This document shows, in pieces, positions 59,697 to 64,000 of a stretch of 64,000 nucleotides of DNA. The DNA comes from Salpingoeca rosetta (taxonomy: Eukaryota; Protista; Choanoflagellata). The notes beneath the pieces were generated by a model. That model was not told the origin of the DNA. It ran no database searches and saw nothing but the letters and a program-made list of their open reading frames with translations. Within the stretch, counting starts at the first letter, position 1; each line of letters starts with the position of its first letter. The translations under genes were made by a program, and so were the position numbers. Where the stretch lies: assembly GCA_033442325.1 (NCBI GenBank), contig JAWQFM010000009.1, positions 987,729 through 1,051,728 of the forward strand, in the 5' to 3' direction.

Positions 59697-62399
59697 TGTA
59701 GGACAACTTGTCGACACAGAACAAAGCACACATCAGCTCAATAGCTGGGAAGAAGCAAACCATATTCAGAACGTGCAGCACGCACACACCACGCACACTC
59801 AACAAACGTACATACAGAACAGCAGGCATACACGCACACACGCAAGCACACACACACACGCACGCGCACGCGCACACACACACGCTGTTATCACAGCCAA
59901 CCCACTTGCTGATAGTCTTGAGCAAGGTGTTCTCCCGCTGGAGCTGCTTCAGGGCCCGCGTCTGCTCGGCCAACTTGTTTCGCAGGTTTGCCAACATGTG
60001 CTCCTCCTCCTCTGCATGCCCAGACACTGCGGTTGACGCTGTGGATAATGTCCACGCAGGCGCTGTCCCTGTTGTTGTCAGATTAATGCTTGCAGGGATT
60101 CGGCCGCCTGATGTAGTGGTTGCGTTGCTGTGGGGCGGTGGTCTGTGGTCTCTGCTGTCACGACGGCTCGAGTGCTTTCTGCTGTTGCGCGACGTGTTCA
60201 GGGATGCGTTCAAGGGCATGTTCATGGACGCATGCAGGGCATTGCGGGCTGCGCGGCGATGTTGATTGATGGGAGGAAGCGTGCGAGCGCCCTGCTCGCT
60301 CTTGCAAGCACGTGCTCTGCTTCTTCGATCTGCATACTTGTGACGCTGGTGACGCTGGTGATGATGGTTGCGGGGGTTGTGGTGATGCTGGCTGCGGGCG
60401 TGGTGGTGGGAGGGCGACCGGGACGATGGAGACGAGGAGTAGCGAGTGCTCGGTGGAGACCACGCGGTTGCTGCTGGAGACGTGGGCGACACGTCGCTTG
60501 CACATGCCGATGACGTGGACAATGACCCGCTGTGCTGCTCACCCTGACTAGAGTGATGTTGCAGGTGCTGCTGTCGTTGTCGTTGGCGTTGCTGTCGTGG
60601 CTGGTGCTGCTCGTGGCGATTGTGCGGTGTGTTGGGGTCAACGGAGAGGACGGAGCATCCGACCCAGCGGCGCACAATGCTGTTGTGGTGCTGCCACGCC
60701 TGGCGCCGGAAGTAGCGCCTGATCACTGACAGCTGGCAGCGCAGCGTAAACAGCAGCATCACGCGCGCATCCTCCCTGTGTTGGGTGTGTGAGAGTGTAC
60801 GGTTGTTAGGGGGGGGGGAGTCAAAGGGGTTATGTGTGGATCGTTGACATGGTGATGAAAGGTCAGCAATGAGAAAGGTGAAGGCTGAACGTAACGACGG
60901 AACGGTGTGAATGAGAGAGAACGTCAAAACGTGACGGTCGCCCGAAGACAGTGAAGGGCAGAGCAGGGGGTGCTAACAGCAGCACAGCAGTACGCACGGT
61001 GGTGTTTCGGTGACGATGGCACGTCGTTTGAGTGCGTTGCAGGTTCGCCATGCAGTCTGGCAGATCAACACGGCCCGCTGCACGAGTAGTTGGCCCGTGT
61101 GCCCACCCTGAAAATGTGTGTGTGCGTGTGTGCGTGTGCGTGTGTGCGTGTGCGTGTGTGCGTGTGCGTGTGCGTGTGTGTGTGCGCGTGTGTGTGCGTG
61201 TGCGTGCGTGTCAGCAGCAGTGGTGGCCAGGATATCATAGTCTGAGCACGTCCATGCAACTGCAGCATTGCTCACATTCTGCAAGATGCGTTCGGCACAC
61301 GGCCCGGCGCGTGCGCTGTAGGCGATATCAAGTGCAGTTCCTATCGAAAAGGAGAAGGGGGAAGGAAAGAAGGACGATGTGTGCTGCAGATGAGCAGGGA
61401 GGAATGCGGCGGGAAGTTTCGTCGACGAACAGACATCACACCATTGCGCTGACACGCACGTGCACACACGCACACACGCACACGTGGCATACACATACAC
61501 ACACACGTAGCAGACGCACGTCGAGCCGTGGACATGGCGTTGATGGGGGCGCCGCGGACGATGAGGGTGAATGCGAGTTGGGAGTAGCCGCCAGCAGCCG
61601 CCAGGTGCAGTGCCGTCTCCCCGCGCTTGTTCGTGTGCGTAGTAGAAGCATTTGTGGACAGCAGGCAGTCAACAGCGGCGCCGTTGCCCTGTGATGCCAT
61701 ACAATCGGTGTACGGCGTAAAGGTTGTGAGTGAGAGCGTGTATGTGTGTGTGTGTGTATGTGTGTATGTGTGTGTGCCCTGTGCGCGCGCACGTGGGTGT
61801 GCATGTGCATGCGCATGTGTGTCCTATGCTTTCCTCCAACAAACGAACTCACGGCGGCGCATGCGATGAGGAGCGGCGTCATGCCATCCTCGTCCTCCGC
61901 ATCAACGCCGTCCGCATCCAATTCCACCAGTCGCTCAACAGCCGAAACCTTTCAAAAAAAAAAAAAAAAACAAAGAGGGGGGGGGAAGGGGACGGCATGT
62001 GCGCGTGTACATGTGCGGGTGTACATGTGCGCATAGGGTGTGTATGGAATGTTCAGTGAGTCAGCAAGGACCGCCCAATGATGAGCGCTGCTCGGAACAC
62101 GCACACGATAGCTTCAAGCACGGTGCAGACAACACCCTGCTCCAGCATGGGTCTGCTGCGCACCAAGTCTGGGTGCTGGCACGCGTAATGAAGCGGTCGC
62201 CGCTGCGAAGTGTCCGCGATGGCCAGCGAAGACGGCGCCTGCTCTGCAACGGCTTCCAACACTTCCTGCCCATGCGATCAGCGATATGCACGGTTGGTTC
62301 ATTGTTTGTTTGTGTGTGTATGTGTGTGTGTATGTGTGTGTATGTGTGTGTGTATGTGTGTGTATGTGTGTGGTGGGTCGGGGTGTATGAGCGTGTGAA

Positions 62400-62487
<88 letters not shown>

Positions 62488-63119
62488 GAGCCCAAAGCTG
62501 GCAGTCTTGGTGAGGAGTACACGGGCTCTGCTATGTTGCGCAATGTCGTGTCATGAAGAGCATCAGCGGCGCATCGAATACGCGCGTGTTTGCGGACCTT
62601 GCAGCGATGTTGCACAGCGAGGGAGGCCGGGGTTGCGCCGCTTCCATCCGCAATCTGAGCAAACACAAGAGATACGAGAGGGATGAGCGGCATTGACGAG
62701 CCAGGGGAGCAGGACACATGGTGATCCAGCTGCGGGGAGTTGATAGGCACGCCAACGACAAGTGCAGCGGAAGGGCGGGTTAAAGGAACATGAGGAAAGT
62801 CAAACGACGACAACGCCGTCACAACCTCAGCGTTTGCGCCTGCGTTGAGCAGCATCAACGCAAGCGGAGAAAATCCCTTTGCAATGGCAGTGTGCAGTGC
62901 AGTATTTCCATCGTTGTTGGTTTCGTCAATGACAGCCTGATGGTGATGAGGTGACATTGTGATGACGGAATCAGCGGGGGTAGGGACTGTGGGTGCTGGA
63001 GTATTGCAGAAAACACAGAACAAAAGCACATGCACGCGGAAGAATGTTGTCGTGGCAACATTACGACACAGACACACACACACACAGACACAGACACAGA
63101 CACAGACACACACACGCAC

Positions 63120-63150
<31 letters not shown>

Positions 63151-64000
63151 CAAACACACACACGCACACAGACAGACAGACAGACACAAACACACGCACA
63201 AATACACTCCTCTCTGGCTCAATGACCGCGTGCATACAGCAGCGCACCTTGCACGGATCAAGCAGGAGATCCACGGTTGGACGATCGCCAGAGGCGACGG
63301 CGGCGTGCAGGGGCGTCTCACCGTTGTCGTTTGCACGTGTTGGTGATATCCCCTGTGCGAGCAGGTAGCGCACTGTGCCCGTCTGCCCGCCTGCTGCTGC
63401 CGTGTGCATGATTGTTGTCGTCTCCGCAGCGCTGTCCCCTGCACTTGACGCAAGCAGCAGCTGTAGCGCAATTTGTGTTGCGTTGAGTTGTGTGTTGCGA
63501 TATGTGAGTTGTGTGTTGCGTTGTGTGAAGAGGGGATGGTTATGAGCTGTGGGAATGCACCGAGAGTGTGTGTGAGACAGAGAGACAGAGCAAGAGAGAA
63601 ACACGCGCAGGAAACCACACACACACACACCTTGAGCGTCTCTGGGCGGTCTCCCTGTACTGCGTAGTGCAGTGCGTCGAATCCCTGTGCATCTTGGATG
63701 AATGGATTTGCACCACCGGCCAGAAGAGACTGTACAATCTGCACGCACACGCACACACGCACACGCACACACACATGCACCCAAAACACATGCAATCAAA
63801 GGATGAAATACCCATGGATGAGGGAAGAAAACGGGAAGTGTGCGTTGAAGTGCATGAGCAAGTTGTCTGTGGCAATTCTCATGCTGTCAGAGTTCATACC
63901 GCTCCGCATTCTCTGCAGCGTTCTCCCACAGCAGAACAGCAAACAACCACGATCAACCGCACACAGACACACTCACACAGACACAGACACAGACACACAC
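58207..64000 (-). CDS. Ankyrin-repeat protein with IQ-like motifs, low-complexity region and C-terminal coiled coil (5' end beyond right edge)
   Basis: Many ankyrin motifs: [67 protein letters not shown] lies near 61040-61075. Coiled coil [23 protein letters not shown]. The inferred last exon [20 protein letters not shown] ends at 58207. Confidence 0.75.

Overview
Intron-rich eukaryotic DNA with (CA/TG)n-filled introns. Gene content (flagellar genes, SH2, CI-MPR, actin-fragmin kinase) suggests a choanoflagellate such as Salpingoeca; this is an inference. Most ORFs in the supplied track are microsatellite or antisense artefacts, so genes were rebuilt by hand from GT-AG boundaries. About ten spliced genes are present: RAD50 (-, runs off the left end), an HTD2/MaoC dehydratase (+), an S6K-like kinase (+), an actin-fragmin-kinase-like protein (-), an AK9-like adenylate kinase (+), a CI-MPR/IGF2R-like receptor (+), IFT43 (-), mitochondrial EF-Tu (+), a TIR-SH2-TM-solenoid receptor (-) and an ankyrin-repeat protein (-, starts beyond the right end). 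The standout is 50686-57559 (-). Four phase-0 exons join an N-terminal TIR domain (catalytic-type Glu retained), an SH2 domain missed by the ORF track, a type II transmembrane anchor, and roughly 70 L-domain/LRR-like repeats with recent internal duplications. This looks like a Toll-like receptor with inverted topology and a built-in phosphotyrosine reader. Also notable: RAD50 lacks about 200 aa of its N-terminal ATPase lobe, the S6K hydrophobic-motif Thr is replaced by Asn, and the CI-MPR has 16 MRH repeats, about 10 of which keep the sugar-binding Q-R-E-Y set.
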